Shown piece by piece: positions 12,609 to 23,673 of a DNA stretch of 64,000 nt. Origin of the DNA: Oculina patagonica (taxonomy: Eukaryota). Location: assembly GCF_052425735.1 (NCBI RefSeq), contig NC_135761.1, positions 33,046,001 through 33,110,000 of the forward strand, read 5' to 3'. Made by a program: the position numbers and the translations under genes. The notes beneath the pieces are model-generated. The model was not told the DNA's origin, made no database searches, and saw only the letters and a list, made by a program, of their open reading frames with translations. How positions within the stretch are numbered: the stretch's first letter is position 1; every line of letters begins with the position of its first letter.

Positions 12609-14480
12609 TTTTGCTAAAAGGTATTAAAACATTGAAAAGTACATTTCAGTTTTAGTTTTGTTATTATTATTTTTTATTGATAAATTGTCTATTTATATAA
12701 TGTTATTCACATAGGTTTAGAGTTTAGAAAGTTTTGTTTTTTGTTGTTGTGATTGAAGCATATATATATTGCAGTATTTTTCAAGCTTCCTGTACCTGTT
12801 ATAATAATATTATATAAAACTATGAGAAAATTGTTGAATCTGATTTTTTTACCAGCAGGCCTGATTAGAGCATAAATTGGACATTTTATGTCATGCTTGT
12901 TGTTGTACAGTACTCATCATTTGTACGTGCCAATCTTTGCCCGTGCATTAATCGTCATAAAGACAAATTCCAGCAATTGTTATGTTTTGAATCACCAAAA
13001 CCTAATAATTCTCAAATTTTGTTATAGTACTAATTAATTGTTAACAGGACTTTGTCTCATCCAATTCTGCCTGTAATTTGTGGTTAAACAGATTGGACTC
13101 TTGTTACGTGTTTGTCCGATTTTGTTAATCACTCGTATTGGACTCCACTCAGTTCTATTACCATTTCTAATCACAAATTATTGTGAATCATAATTATAGT
13201 TATCATTAATTATTTGTGTCATTATTGACTGCTTATTTTGTCTCTAATTATATGCAGGCAAATGTTCTTAATTTCCAACATGGCTGGCATGTGGTTGTCC
13301 TTTGCATGGCAAATCATAAAAGAGGCCGCTCCCTATATACGTATGGCACACCAGGGGTGGGCCTTAAATTTGTCGGCGATAAAAAGGAGAAGGCCTCTAA
13401 GGCAGGGCGTCTTTGTGCCAGCATGTTTAAAAAGTTCGTCAAAAGTAAGACTTAACTGAATAATCATAATACAAGTTGTATATTATGTATATTGCTATCT
13501 CTTTGGGGCGATCAATATCATGTGCACATCATTGCAAATGTATTTACTTTGCTTATAAGTTTGTGTGAATTGAAAATGCTCCATGCAATAAACTACCCTT
13601 AAGAAATTTTGAAAATGGAGTTTGAATAATCCATGCATGACTACAAATGACTTCAGGTCATGTTAGCATTAATGCAAAGAAAACCCTATTACTAAGCTTT
13701 CAATTTACTGTTCCCTTGGAAGCATTGTGAAAGAGTATGCATTAGAATCCTCTGGTCCCTGTTGTTTCAAGTCCTAACAGAGATCCTTTGCCCCCCCCCC
13801 CCCCAAAAAAAAAAAATAATAATAATAATAATAACAATAATAATAATTAGGATCAGTTTTCTTTGTTTCCTAGATCTTAGCTTGATCATATCAGGGCCTT
13901 GAAGAATAGAATTCTGTATCATCTCGAATAGTATCCCAGGCCATTGAATTTTTACAGGATCCTATATAAATTATAGGAGATTCCAGTACTAAAGAGTATC
14001 TTCATTAAAGGATCCTTTCCAGATCCCATTTAGAGGATCTTACAGGTTCCTATAGGAACCTATTTATGGTTTTTAATAGGTAATCAACTCCAATGTGTCT
14101 TTCATCAAACATTTTGAACATCACTCTGATTGGTTAAGAAAACTCACTGGGTTTAGTGCCATTAATTGTATGTATTTGCTACTAGATCTGTTTTTGGTTT
14201 TATGACACTCTTTTGAAAGCTGTATTAATGAATTAATTTTTATTCATACTCCAAATAAGTATGTAAAATAAACCTGTTGCTTGCCTGGTACAATACAAAT
14301 TATTTGCCTATATTATTAGATTCTTTAAATGGAAATATTTTAAAGATTACTTTATAATAATTTATTTTAACTGTTTCTTCAGAACATGATGTTGGGAGTG
14401 ATTCGGTTTCTCAAGGTGATCAAGACATGAATTCAGCCAGTGGTGGTAATAGTGTACAGCCAATGGAAATTGATGACAAC

Positions 14481-14698
14481 TGTTCAGGAGGAAAGCGTGA
14501 CTTAAGCGTGACCGTGACGTTGTGTTATTTGAGTGACATATGTCAAAAGATTGGATGTGCATGCGGTGAGGTGTAAGGTTTCTTGTCGAGTAGTTTTTCC
14601 GGCCATGTTGAGCCATGATGTTAAAAAACAAGACAAGTTTAGTGTCTTTAGTGGATTAAAGTTGTGTTATTTCAAGATGCCTGTCTATCTTCGCAACA
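14481..14698 (+). repeat. 5' LTR (218 bp)
   Basis: TGTTCAGGAGG...CTTCGCAACA, direct repeat of 20590-20806. Confidence 0.97.
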
Positions 14699-14703
14699 TT
14701 TTT

Positions 14704-14720
14704 TGGCGACCACGAAGGGA
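14704..14720 (+). promoter_or_regulatory. Primer binding site complementary to the tRNA-Arg 3' end
   Basis: TGGCGACCACGAAGGGA just after the 5' LTR is the reverse complement of ...TCCCTTCGTGGTCG-CCA, the 3' end of metazoan tRNA-Arg(UCG). Confidence 0.85.
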
Positions 14721-15073
14721 GACATGAGCTAGTGGAAATTCGAGGAATTGTCTTGCTCAAGGGGAGCTCAAGGTTGATTTATTCGCATCGCATCGCATCG
14801 CATCGTCTCGATTTGCCATTTTGGATTTCGCGTTCGCTTGTGGAACTTCGTACAGGATTTGGACTGTTTTCGGTGGTAAAAGTTCAGGAAAGTTGAGGTC
14901 AACGTTTGTTATTCTTATCGCTTCGCATGTATTTTCGTTTCACGGTTTTGTGGTTGTTTATTATCTTGACGTACAATTATTCGTCGGAGTCGTTCGTAAG
15001 GAAATCAAATCAACAAGAAGGTCTTCGAGGTTGTAGAGCGTGTGTTAAGGGTTTTGTTTTACGTCGCACGATA

Positions 15074-18000
15074 ATGCCGCCCCCAGGAGAGTCAGTAGAA
15101 GTTGACGATAATGAAGAGCGAATTATAGAACTTAAACGGGAAAAGAGGAACAGAAAGACTACACTTACGAAAACGCGACACAATGTGGAAAGGCTTTGCG
15201 CGAGTGGCGAAGATCCCGAGTTGATTCAAAACGAAATTGACACTTTATGGAAGGTACTAGAAGCATGCCTTGCTGTCATGGACGAGCTACAGAAGGCTTA
15301 TTTACACTTGGGCGACAACGACAACAAAAAGTCGGTCGCGGAAGAAATAGAAGCTGTGGAGAACGAAATAAACAATGCCATCGAAAAGGCCGAACGTGTG
15401 GCGAAGGAAATCCTGGAGAAGAAACACGTGGACGCAAGTAAAGAGGCATTGCCGCAAACTCCTTTGATGAATTTACCTCCTCCGTCAGGACATTCGCCTG
15501 CTTACAGCCACTTGTCAGGTTCTCAAAACTCAGGTAACTGTAGTCAGCGACTTAAGCCTTTAAAAGTTCCAGTGTTTAATGGTGAGAAAAGTAAATTCGA
15601 AGATTTCTGGGAGATGTTTTTGAGTCTTGTCGACCAGGGAGGGGAGCCGTCAACTATTAAAATGGCAAGATTGAGACAGAGTCTTACAGGAACTGCCCTT
15701 GAGGCCATTAGGGGTCTAGGGGTTTCAGAACCCGAGTATAATGAAGCTAAAGATATTCTTCAGTCGAAGTTTGGTGGAGAGCGAAGAAAGCTACAGGCAT
15801 ACATGGACCAGATCGAAAAGATGCCCCCATTGAAGAGTGCTGATGTCCAATCTTTTGAGCGGTTTGCTGATCTTGTTCGAATAGCAGTTGTTAAGTTGCA
15901 GGCAGAAGGGCGTGGTGGAGAGCTTGGTGATGGTACACTGCACAGTTTGTTAGTTAAGAAGTTGGCCGACAGTCAGGTTGAAAGTTACAGTCGCTGGTTG
16001 AGAGAACATAAGAAAGACAAGTCGGTGTTAACCTTGAGGGATTGGTTGAAGGAGGAAGTGAGGGTCCGAGTCGAGGCAGTGGAAATGGCACATGGCATTG
16101 AGGCTGAGCCTGTTGGAGGTGCTGCGGATGGTGGTAAGCATGGTGATAGAGGTCGTGGAAGCAGGAGTTTTTTCGGTGAAAATGGTAACTTTGGTAAAGA
16201 AACACCCTTTCTGAGAAGCAAGCCACCATGTGCATACTGTAAAGGATACCATGGAGTGTGGAGCTGCAGACGCTTTCAGAATCTGGAAGTGAAAGAGCGT
16301 TGGAATATCGCAAAGGAAAAACGGCTTTGTTTTCGTTGCCTGGCAAGTGATCATGAAGGAAGAGCTTGTACCAAGACTCGACCATGTAACATTAACGGTT
16401 GCACGCGGAATCACCACTACTTGTTGCATGGCTTCGCACAGGATAATACAAAGGATGGGAGAGTGGTGACTTCACGGGAGGGGGCACCTACTCATACACA
16501 CACATCGACCGCCAAGCAGGAGACAGCAATCGAGGCCCTTTCCCTTCGTACAGTGCCAGTGTGGTTGAAGGCAAATGATCGCAAAGTAAAGGTGAATGCT
16601 ATTTTGGATGATGGTTCTAACGAGACTTTTCTTAACGAAGAAGTCGCAGGAGTTCTTGGTCTCAAGGAGAGATACCAGACAGTTACAGTTAATGTTTTGA
16701 ACAATGAAGTGGAAACATTTCAATCAATGCCATTAGATGTGACAATTGAGAGCCTTGATGGGGAGTTAAGTAAGGATATTAAAGTAAAGACTTGCCCTAA
16801 AAGGGGAACTGGAAACTACAAGGTAGAGAACTGGAAACAAAGTAAGGGCAGATGGGCTCATCTTAAGGAATGTGACTTTGCTGAGCCTGCTCAAGATGGA
16901 CTTGTGGATTTGTTAATAGGCGTGGACAATGCAGAGCTGCATTATTCTAGAGCCGATATACGTGGTGAGGAAGGAGGCCCAGTTGCTCGCCTTGGACCTT
17001 TGGGTTGGACATGCATTGGATCACCAGAAGGAAAGCAGTGGACAGGAGCAAGGGCACATGTCAGTCGCACTTTGTTTGCCCGGGAGCCCAATGCCAGCGT
17101 TGATGGTGTTTGTTGTGACATTGATCGTACTTTAAAGGGATTTTGGGAGATAGAAAACTGTAGCATCGAGGGGCATGACACTGTGATTCTTACTGAAGAG
17201 GAGAATGAAGTGTTGGAGAAACTTAAGGGATCAATTTGTTACACTGGGAAAGGATACAAAGTGGGTGTACCGTGGAAGGAGGATAAACCTCGGTTACCTG
17301 ATAATTGTCAGACAGCATTATCTCGGTTGTGCAACACAGAAAATAAATTGAAGAAGGACTGTGCTCTTGGGACAGAGTACTCTCAAGTTATTAAGGGTTA
17401 TGTTGAGAAGGGGTACTTGAGAAGAGTTAAACCAGATGAACCATCGCCACCGGAAGTTTGGTACTTGCCTCACTTTCCAGTCGTCCGCATGGACAAAACT
17501 ACCACTAAAGTACGCATTGTGTTTGACTGTTCTGCGAAAACAGATGGGGTTTCGTTGAATGATGTCATTTGTGCAGGTCCTAAGTTGCAGAAGGATTTGT
17601 TTGATGTGCTTATTCGGTTCAGGAGGAACCGTGTAGCTTTAGCCTGTGACATTAAGGAAATGTATTTGCAAGTGGAGATCGAAGAGGGAGATCGTCCTTA
17701 TTTTCGAATATTATGGAGAGACCTCGATTCCAGTCGTGAACCTGATGTCTATGAGTTCAGTAGAGTAGTATTTGGTAAGAACTCTGCACCAATGGAGGCG
17801 CAGTTTGTCGCTCAAGAGAATGCTAGAAGGCACCAGGATGTGTATCCAATGGCCGCTGAAACTGTACTCAAATCAACTTACATGGATGACTCGATTGATA
17901 GTGTGGAAACTGTACAGGAGGGTATTCAGTTGTACAAAGAGCTGGACAGTCTGTGGGGAACAGCAGGCATGCAGGCAAGGAAGTGGATATCCAATTCTCC

Positions 18001-20500
18001 AGAGGTTGTTGCAGCCACGCCTGAAGCTGACAGAGCGACTGAGTTGCAGATCACTGAGGGGCAAGAACCTGTTGTTAAGACACTTGGTATTGCCTGGAAT
18101 AGTACAGAGGACACATTTACTATTTCGACTGCAGAGGTACCTACGGAGATTCAGCCGACAAAGCGAGATGTACTGAGGAAGGTGGCTACGATATTTGACC
18201 CACTTGGGTTTGTCAGCCCTTTTGTCGTCAAAGCTAAGATTCTGCTTCAGGAACTGTGGTCGCGGGGATATGACTGGGATGATGTCATACATGACGAAAT
18301 CGCGAGTAGAATTGGGAGCTGGTATGAGCAGCTTAAGAGCCTGGGTAATGTGAAGGTGCCTAGGTGTCTTCGTGAAGCAAAGGAAGTAGTTGCTAAGAGA
18401 GTTGTTACATTTGTCGATGCTTCATTACAAGCTTATGGGACTGTTGTATACTTACAGTGTGTATACAATGATGCTACCACTACAAGTCGGTTAATTGCTT
18501 CAAAGTGCAAGGTAGCACCATTAAAGCCAGTGACTGTGCCTCGCCTGGAACTTATGGGAGCTGTACTTGGTTTGCGCTTGACACAACGTTTAGCGCATGT
18601 ACTTGGACTTCCCATGCAAACTGTAACATTTTACTCTGACAGTATGGACGTGTTGTGGTGGATTAGGGGTCATGGGCGGAACTTTCGTCCTTTCATTGCC
18701 AATCGCATCGGGGAGATACAGATGTTGACCGAGCCATCGCAGTGGCAACATGTAGCCACAGGAGAAAACCCAGCTGATCTATGTACAAGAGGGGCAACAC
18801 CAGAGGAACTAATGGAGAACTCACTTTGGTGGCATGGACCAGAGTGGTTACTGTCAAAGGATAAGCAAAGTTGGCCTAAGATGGATCTTAGGAGTCGTCC
18901 CACTTCGTTGCCAGAAATGAAGACGTCAAATCGCAAGGAAGAGGTAGAAGATGTTGCACGTGTTCTTACCAGTCGTGTACAGAGTCTGACGAATAGAGAA
19001 GAGAAAAAAGGGAAGTGTGAGGATTGGAGGCTTGAAACCACCCGTTTTTCAAGCTGGATACGGTTGGTACGGCTACAAGCCAGGGTGTGGCGAGTCGTCT
19101 ACAATATGCGTAACCCAAAGGACAGGGTGAATGGGCAGGAACTGTTGCCAGAAGAAATTGAAGATGCCGAGGAGGAAATCATTAGTCGAGCACAGTTGGA
19201 GGCATTTCCTGAAGAATATGAGGCATTGCTGAGGGGAAAGGAAATTCCTAAGAAGAGTTCACTGGGCAAGTTATGTCCCTGGTTGGATGATCAAGGTGTA
19301 ATGCGGTGTGGGGGTCGACTTCAATTTGCTGAATGTCTTCCTTACGATGTCCGGTTTCCTGTAATACTAGCAAGGGGTCAGTGGGTGACAAAGCTGATAG
19401 TCAAGTATTACCATGAGTTGTCTAACCACAGTGCTGGGACAAATTTTGTGTTATCACAGATTAGTGGAAGATTCTGGATTGTCGCAGCCCGAGAGGAAAT
19501 AAGAGCGTGGGAGAATGAATGCAACGAGTGCAAGAGACGAAGGAACAAACCAGCCACACAGATAATGGGTCCATTGCCACAAGTAAGGCTGCGCTTCACA
19601 TTTTGGGCATTTGACCAGACAGCGGTGGATTACGCAGGCCCGTTCACCACTATACAAGGGCGTGGGCGTCATCGGTTAAAGAGGTGGTTGTGTGTATTTA
19701 CATGCTTTTCAACTCGTGCTGTTCATCTCGAAGTGGCGTGGGGGCTCGACACAGATAGTTTTCTAAATGCATTTACCAGATTCACCAGTAGGAGAGGAGT
19801 TCCCAAGGAAATGGTTAGTGATAATGGCACTAACTTTGTTGGAGCAGTAAATGAACTTAAGGAACTTGTGGGTCAATTAGACAAGGACAAGATTCAGCGA
19901 ACGACTGCACAGACGGGGATAAAGTGGAAGTTTAACCCCCCAGGAGGTCCTCATTTTGGTGGGGCCCATGAGATTATGGTGAAGGCAGCCAAGAAGGCGA
20001 TTTATGCTGTGCTGAGTAGCAGTGATGTCACAGATGAGGAACTAATCACAGTCGTCACAGGTGCCGAGAGTTTGCTTAACTCTAGGCCACTCACCTATCA
20101 GTCAGCAAATGTTAAAGATGATGTGCCGTTGACACCCAATCACTTCTTGTACGGGCAGATGGGTGGACAGTTCGCGCCAGAGAGTGTCGATACTACGAGA
20201 TTCAACCCACGGAAGAGGTGGCGCAAGGTTCAAGAGCTGATCTCTCGAGTGTGGTCCAGGTGGTTAAAGGAGTACTTACCCATGTTAAACACTCGTCCAA
20301 AGTGGACCGAAGTTGTCAAGGACCTTAAGGAAGGAGACGTTGTGCTGGTTCTGGATCCAAAGCTGCCACGGGGGAAGTGGCCATTGAGCCGTATCATTGA
20401 AACCTATCCAGGGAGAGATGGACATTCTCGAGTCGCAAAGGTTCAGTGCGGAGAGAAGACTGTGGTGCGACCAATTCATAAATTGGTACCACTCTCGTAG
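15074..20500 (+). CDS. BEL/Pao Gag-Pol polyprotein (~1808 aa from the first ATG)
   Basis: DUF1759-like gag (PVFNGEKSKFEDFWEMF), three Zn knuckles, protease AILDDGS, RT YLPHFPV...VFDCS...YMDD, RNase H FVDAS...SDS, integrase HHCC plus DYAGP/SDNGTNF/E, C-terminal RWRKVQ...WLKEYL; PR-RT-RH-IN order. Confidence 0.96.
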   Translation: MPPPGESVEVDDNEERIIELKREKRNRKTTLTKTRHNVERLCASGEDPELIQNEIDTLWKVLEACLAVMDELQKAYLHLGDNDNKKSVAEEIEAVENEINNAIEKAERVAKEILEKKHVDASKEALPQTPLMNLPPPSGHSPAYSHLSGSQNSGNCSQRLKPLKVPVFNGEKSKFEDFWEMFLSLVDQGGEPSTIKMARLRQSLTGTALEAIRGLGVSEPEYNEAKDILQSKFGGERRKLQAYMDQIEKMPPLKSADVQSFERFADLVRIAVVKLQAEGRGGELGDGTLHSLLVKKLADSQVESYSRWLREHKKDKSVLTLRDWLKEEVRVRVEAVEMAHGIEAEPVGGAADGGKHGDRGRGSRSFFGENGNFGKETPFLRSKPPCAYCKGYHGVWSCRRFQNLEVKERWNIAKEKRLCFRCLASDHEGRACTKTRPCNINGCTRNHHYLLHGFAQDNTKDGRVVTSREGAPTHTHTSTAKQETAIEALSLRTVPVWLKANDRKVKVNAILDDGSNETFLNEEVAGVLGLKERYQTVTVNVLNNEVETFQSMPLDVTIESLDGELSKDIKVKTCPKRGTGNYKVENWKQSKGRWAHLKECDFAEPAQDGLVDLLIGVDNAELHYSRADIRGEEGGPVARLGPLGWTCIGSPEGKQWTGARAHVSRTLFAREPNASVDGVCCDIDRTLKGFWEIENCSIEGHDTVILTEEENEVLEKLKGSICYTGKGYKVGVPWKEDKPRLPDNCQTALSRLCNTENKLKKDCALGTEYSQVIKGYVEKGYLRRVKPDEPSPPEVWYLPHFPVVRMDKTTTKVRIVFDCSAKTDGVSLNDVICAGPKLQKDLFDVLIRFRRNRVALACDIKEMYLQVEIEEGDRPYFRILWRDLDSSREPDVYEFSRVVFGKNSAPMEAQFVAQENARRHQDVYPMAAETVLKSTYMDDSIDSVETVQEGIQLYKELDSLWGTAGMQARKWISNSPEVVAATPEADRATELQITEGQEPVVKTLGIAWNSTEDTFTISTAEVPTEIQPTKRDVLRKVATIFDPLGFVSPFVVKAKILLQELWSRGYDWDDVIHDEIASRIGSWYEQLKSLGNVKVPRCLREAKEVVAKRVVTFVDASLQAYGTVVYLQCVYNDATTTSRLIASKCKVAPLKPVTVPRLELMGAVLGLRLTQRLAHVLGLPMQTVTFYSDSMDVLWWIRGHGRNFRPFIANRIGEIQMLTEPSQWQHVATGENPADLCTRGATPEELMENSLWWHGPEWLLSKDKQSWPKMDLRSRPTSLPEMKTSNRKEEVEDVARVLTSRVQSLTNREEKKGKCEDWRLETTRFSSWIRLVRLQARVWRVVYNMRNPKDRVNGQELLPEEIEDAEEEIISRAQLEAFPEEYEALLRGKEIPKKSSLGKLCPWLDDQGVMRCGGRLQFAECLPYDVRFPVILARGQWVTKLIVKYYHELSNHSAGTNFVLSQISGRFWIVAAREEIRAWENECNECKRRRNKPATQIMGPLPQVRLRFTFWAFDQTAVDYAGPFTTIQGRGRHRLKRWLCVFTCFSTRAVHLEVAWGLDTDSFLNAFTRFTSRRGVPKEMVSDNGTNFVGAVNELKELVGQLDKDKIQRTTAQTGIKWKFNPPGGPHFGGAHEIMVKAAKKAIYAVLSSSDVTDEELITVVTGAESLLNSRPLTYQSANVKDDVPLTPNHFLYGQMGGQFAPESVDTTRFNPRKRWRKVQELISRVWSRWLKEYLPMLNTRPKWTEVVKDLKEGDVVLVLDPKLPRGKWPLSRIIETYPGRDGHSRVAKVQCGEKTVVRPIHKLVPLS

Positions 20501-20576
20501 AACATTAGGAAACTTTCAGTTGAAAACATTTATTGTTACATTTTTTCGTGTTATACACACTGCGGTCCCCTCAGTG

Positions 20577-20589
20577 CGGGGAGGGGGAA
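20577..20589 (+). promoter_or_regulatory. Polypurine tract
   Basis: G-rich run ending ...GAGGGGGAA directly before the 3' LTR. Confidence 0.85.
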
Positions 20590-20806
20590 TGTTCAGGAGG
20601 AAAGCGTGACTTAAGCGTGACCGTGACGTTGTGTTATTTGAGTGACATATGTCAAAAGATTGGATGTGCATGCGGTGAGGTGTAAGGTTTCTAGTCGAGT
20701 AGTTTTCCGGCCATGTTGAGCCATGATGTTAAAAAACAAGACAAGTTTAGTGTCTTTAGTGGATTAAAGTTGTGTTATTTCAAGATGCCTGTCTATCTTC
20801 GCAACA
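20590..20806 (+). repeat. 3' LTR (217 bp)
   Basis: Near-identical to 14481-14698. Confidence 0.97.
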
Positions 20807-20922
20807 ACAACACGATGGAATACGATGCCACCATTGAAAATGACCCATCAATTGATGATTTTCAATTTGCTGACGTCTATGGTAGGGTGGGTTTGGATGG
20901 AGAGGAAACCACTGATGGCCAA

Positions 20923-21164
20923 GCAGTGGTAGAGGGTGGAGTGGCTGATGGTGGCAGGGGCCGAGCAGTGGTAGGTGGCGGAGTGGCTGATGGTGGCAGG
21001 GGCCGAGCAGTGGTAGGTGGCGGAGTGGCTGATGGTGGCAGGGGCCGAGCAGTGGTAGAGGGTGGAGTGGCAGGGGCCGTGCAGTGGTAGGGGGTGGAGT
21101 GGTTGATGGTGGCAGGGGCCGAGCAGTGGTAGAGGGTGGAGTGGCTGATGGTGGCAGGGGCCGA
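20923..21164 (+). repeat. 42-bp coding minisatellite (~6 copies; one has a 10-bp deletion)
   Basis: GCAGTGGTAG(A/G)(G/T)GG(T/C)GGAGTGGCTGATGGTGGCAGGGGCCGA encodes AVV(E/G)GGVADGGRGR. Confidence 0.92.
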
Positions 21165-23673
21165 CCTTTGCGATCGACCAGTGAATGAACGGTCTGTCCT
21201 GTATGTAGGAACGCTCGATTGCTGTGCACTCGATAAACATGCTAGGGCGATTATGGCAATTCCCCAAAATTTATAAGATTACGATTAAAATACTCCAATC
21301 GAAGCAACATTCTACTATAATCACCGTCCTGGCAGGAATCTAGCCGAAAGAGCCTGGGGAGGAGGCCTATCCCTCTCCCCTCCCTCCCCGACAAAGGCTT
21401 ATTGTCTCGACAAATGATCACTGAAGCGTAAACAAAAATTAAAAAGTCGAGTTGAAAATTTCTACGTGAGTTAAAAATGTACAGCGAGCAAGGTCAAGTA
21501 CAAACGTTGAGTTAGAAAAAGGAAAGATAAGTGTACAACACATCTCCAATAATTTGAAATCTGAAAGAAGGGTGTAAAATTTTGAATTGATATATAAAAT
21601 TCAATTGTTGAAGTTGAAAATTTAAATGATGAGGTTAAAATCCAAACAATGAATTTTGGCGGGGATCGTACGCCATAATAAACAACATTAAGTATTTTCA
21701 TTTCTCTTGTTTTAACTGTAAGTTCCAGTAAAATGGTGGTCATAAGATTTTGTTGGGCGAAAATACTCGGCTATAAGACGCAGCCCAATTTTCGCATGAA
21801 CTTCCCACAGAAAAGCAGATTTTTCTCGAAAAAACCGTGCGCCTTGTAACCGAATAACTACGGTAGGTTGAATAAAATGTTTTGTACAGTAAAAAAAACA
21901 AAGAAATAACATTATTCTGTACATTGCCCAGAATTCTTAAAGACACTTAACCAAAGTTTCTATTATTATAGCTTTGGGTTTTGGGAGGTCCACATCAATT
22001 CCTTTAAAAAAGAGAGATCTCCAGTCCAAGTGAAATTCACAGCTTTTATAAGGGTTTTTAATCATTGCAGGTCAGACTGCTCTACCACGTTTTTGCTGTT
22101 TGTTTCTAATTAATACCTGTGCTAAGAGGAATGCAAAAATAAGAAAACCTCATGAATGGTGTAAAGAAAGAGTATCAAAATAAATTTCATCAGTTGGTAA
22201 TTTAATTGTTTCAAAATTATGTTCCACTCAATAATACTCGAAGGGATGAGCTACCTTTCAGGATGATACATGTTGACTGTAATACAGACAAGCTCGTCAT
22301 TCTTTATAAAAGTCACTCATTCTTATAATAGACATAACGTACATTATATTATAATGTACAAAATGAGTGAGCTTTTAATCCCAGACGAATTCAGCAGGGC
22401 TTTAATCCCTAACCATCACGCTGAACTGTGACGATGGCTGCGAATAAACAAAGTCCAAGAGGACATTATTCAGGTTATCTGTGGTGAGAAAATAGACAAT
22501 GTTTGGTGCCAACTCTTAGCAAGGCAATTTTTGCATTGAATTTCACATTTTCACAAATAAAAAACGGGTGGAAAGTAGAAAGTATTTTTCCACTGCACTC
22601 TTGCTTTTAATAGATCTTAATTTAACAGAGTTTGGAGATTCAAGGAAGCAAATTTGCACTTAAGATCAAATGTCTTTCGGCGATGTTTTCTTGCATTAAT
22701 AAAATTAAATATTACTTGTAACTATGCAGTTTGCCCGACTTAATTCTTAAAATTTGCAAAGCAAAGGTCTCCTGCTTATATACGGTTGCGTATTAAGAGA
22801 GTACTTTTAAACACATCCAATACTTAGCAAGACAATATTCGCATTGAATTTCACATTTTCACAAAAAATAACCAGGTACCTAAAAGAGGAATTTAGAAAC
22901 ATGGCATATTGGCCAAATGATGGAGGTCGTTTCAATGTCATGCACTTAGCTGACGGAACTTTCTTTCAAGTTATGGGGGAAGGTCTACAAGTAGATCTGT
23001 CACCACCTGATTTCGGTCACCAGCCGTAGCAAAGCCAAGGATTTCCCTACACAGGCACGGGTGCAGGATCTATGCCAATGCTCGCAGCCTGTAATACAGA
23101 CCAGCTGGTCATTCTTTATCAAAGTCACTCTCATTCGTATAATGGAGGACTCATTACAATCATGTCTTATTCAAATATTCATAACTTGACCTCCAGTAGA
23201 ATTATGTAGATCAAACATCACAACACTAGTATAGCTTGGCTGATTTAACAATGTTGAATACAGTCTGACTTATGGCATTTCTGAATGTAACACAAATTGC
23301 ATTAACTGTTATCTACAGTTATACGGCCAAGTCTTTCCAATAAAGGGTTAAGCAACATATGCAGTAGGCCTGGTAAATCATTTACAATGATGACTTGGAT
23401 TGGCCAAGCTGATAAGGAAAAAAAGGGAAAAGGCAAAAAAATATTTTAATACCCACCGCTTGTGAAAAAAGCCAGGTGGTCAAATTTCCCCACCTCAAGG
23501 GATATCATTATCATTTCCAATATCATATTTCGAAAACTGCAAAGAGTAATGCAAGCCATCAAAGGTATATTTGCACTGCTAGATGCATCCATGGCCCCAA
23601 GCAGCCATTCTTCCATATAAACAAAGGCTTACATTTCTGATCGATTTAACCGGACTGACAAGATATTTTGAAC

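Larger units (their letters stand above)
14481..20806 (+). mobile_element. Full-length BEL/Pao LTR retrotransposon
   Basis: LTRs 14481-14698 and 20590-20806 (TG...CA; 1 substitution and 1 indel); 5-bp TSD ACAAC (14476-14480, 20807-20811); PBS; PPT; single intact gag-pol ORF. Confidence 0.98.
9240..21188 (+). pseudogene. Five-exon zinc-ribbon (CxxC-x9-CxxC) gene with Gly/Arg-rich repeat tail, disrupted by the BEL insertion. Exons 9240-9258, 11484-11530, 12223-12375, 13258-13444, 14383-14480 joined to 20812-21188
   Basis: All introns are GT-AG with consistent phases (1,0,0,1). Spliced product: MASNSEEHNVQGRQSSKKLNQK-KCDSCEAYNPNATKQCKGCG...-ANVLNFQHGWHVVVLCM...GTPGVGLKF...-KHDVGSDS...EIDDN|TMEYDATIE...(AVVGGGVADGGRGR)n. 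Removing BEL plus one TSD restores the frame. Confidence 0.75.
8578..21677. mobile_element. IS3EU-like DNA transposon (no transposase detected), 13.1 kb including nested inserts
   Basis: 123-bp TIRs at 8578-8700 and 21555-21677 (2 mismatches); TATGG...CCATA ends; 6-bp TSD ATAAAC at 8572-8577 and 21678-21683. TAY..RTA ends with a 6-bp TSD are the IS3EU signature. Confidence 0.8.
5706..21863. mobile_element. Non-autonomous Tc1/mariner (pogo-like) MITE, ~0.8 kb of its own sequence, expanded to 16.2 kb by nested insertions
   Basis: TIR CCGTAGTTATTCGGTTA(T/C)AAGGCGCAC at 5706 and ending 21863 (26/27 match); TA on both flanks (5704-5705, 21864-21865). Confidence 0.8.

Noticed and set aside
14704-14720. 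tRNA gene
   Set aside because: Only the 17-nt PBS complement is present; no cloverleaf. I saw no tRNA or rRNA genes in the window
14906-15073. N-terminal hydrophobic extension of the BEL polyprotein
   Set aside because: Depends on a non-ATG start; the first ATG is 15074, so this is probably 5' UTR
15247-20479. Many short overlapping or antisense ORFs inside BEL
   Set aside because: Shadow frames of the long gag-pol ORF with no recognisable motifs
20780-21267. Minus-strand Pro/His-rich ORFs
   Set aside because: Antisense readings of the 42-bp repeat; the + frame is supported by splice phase and by continuity across the BEL TSD
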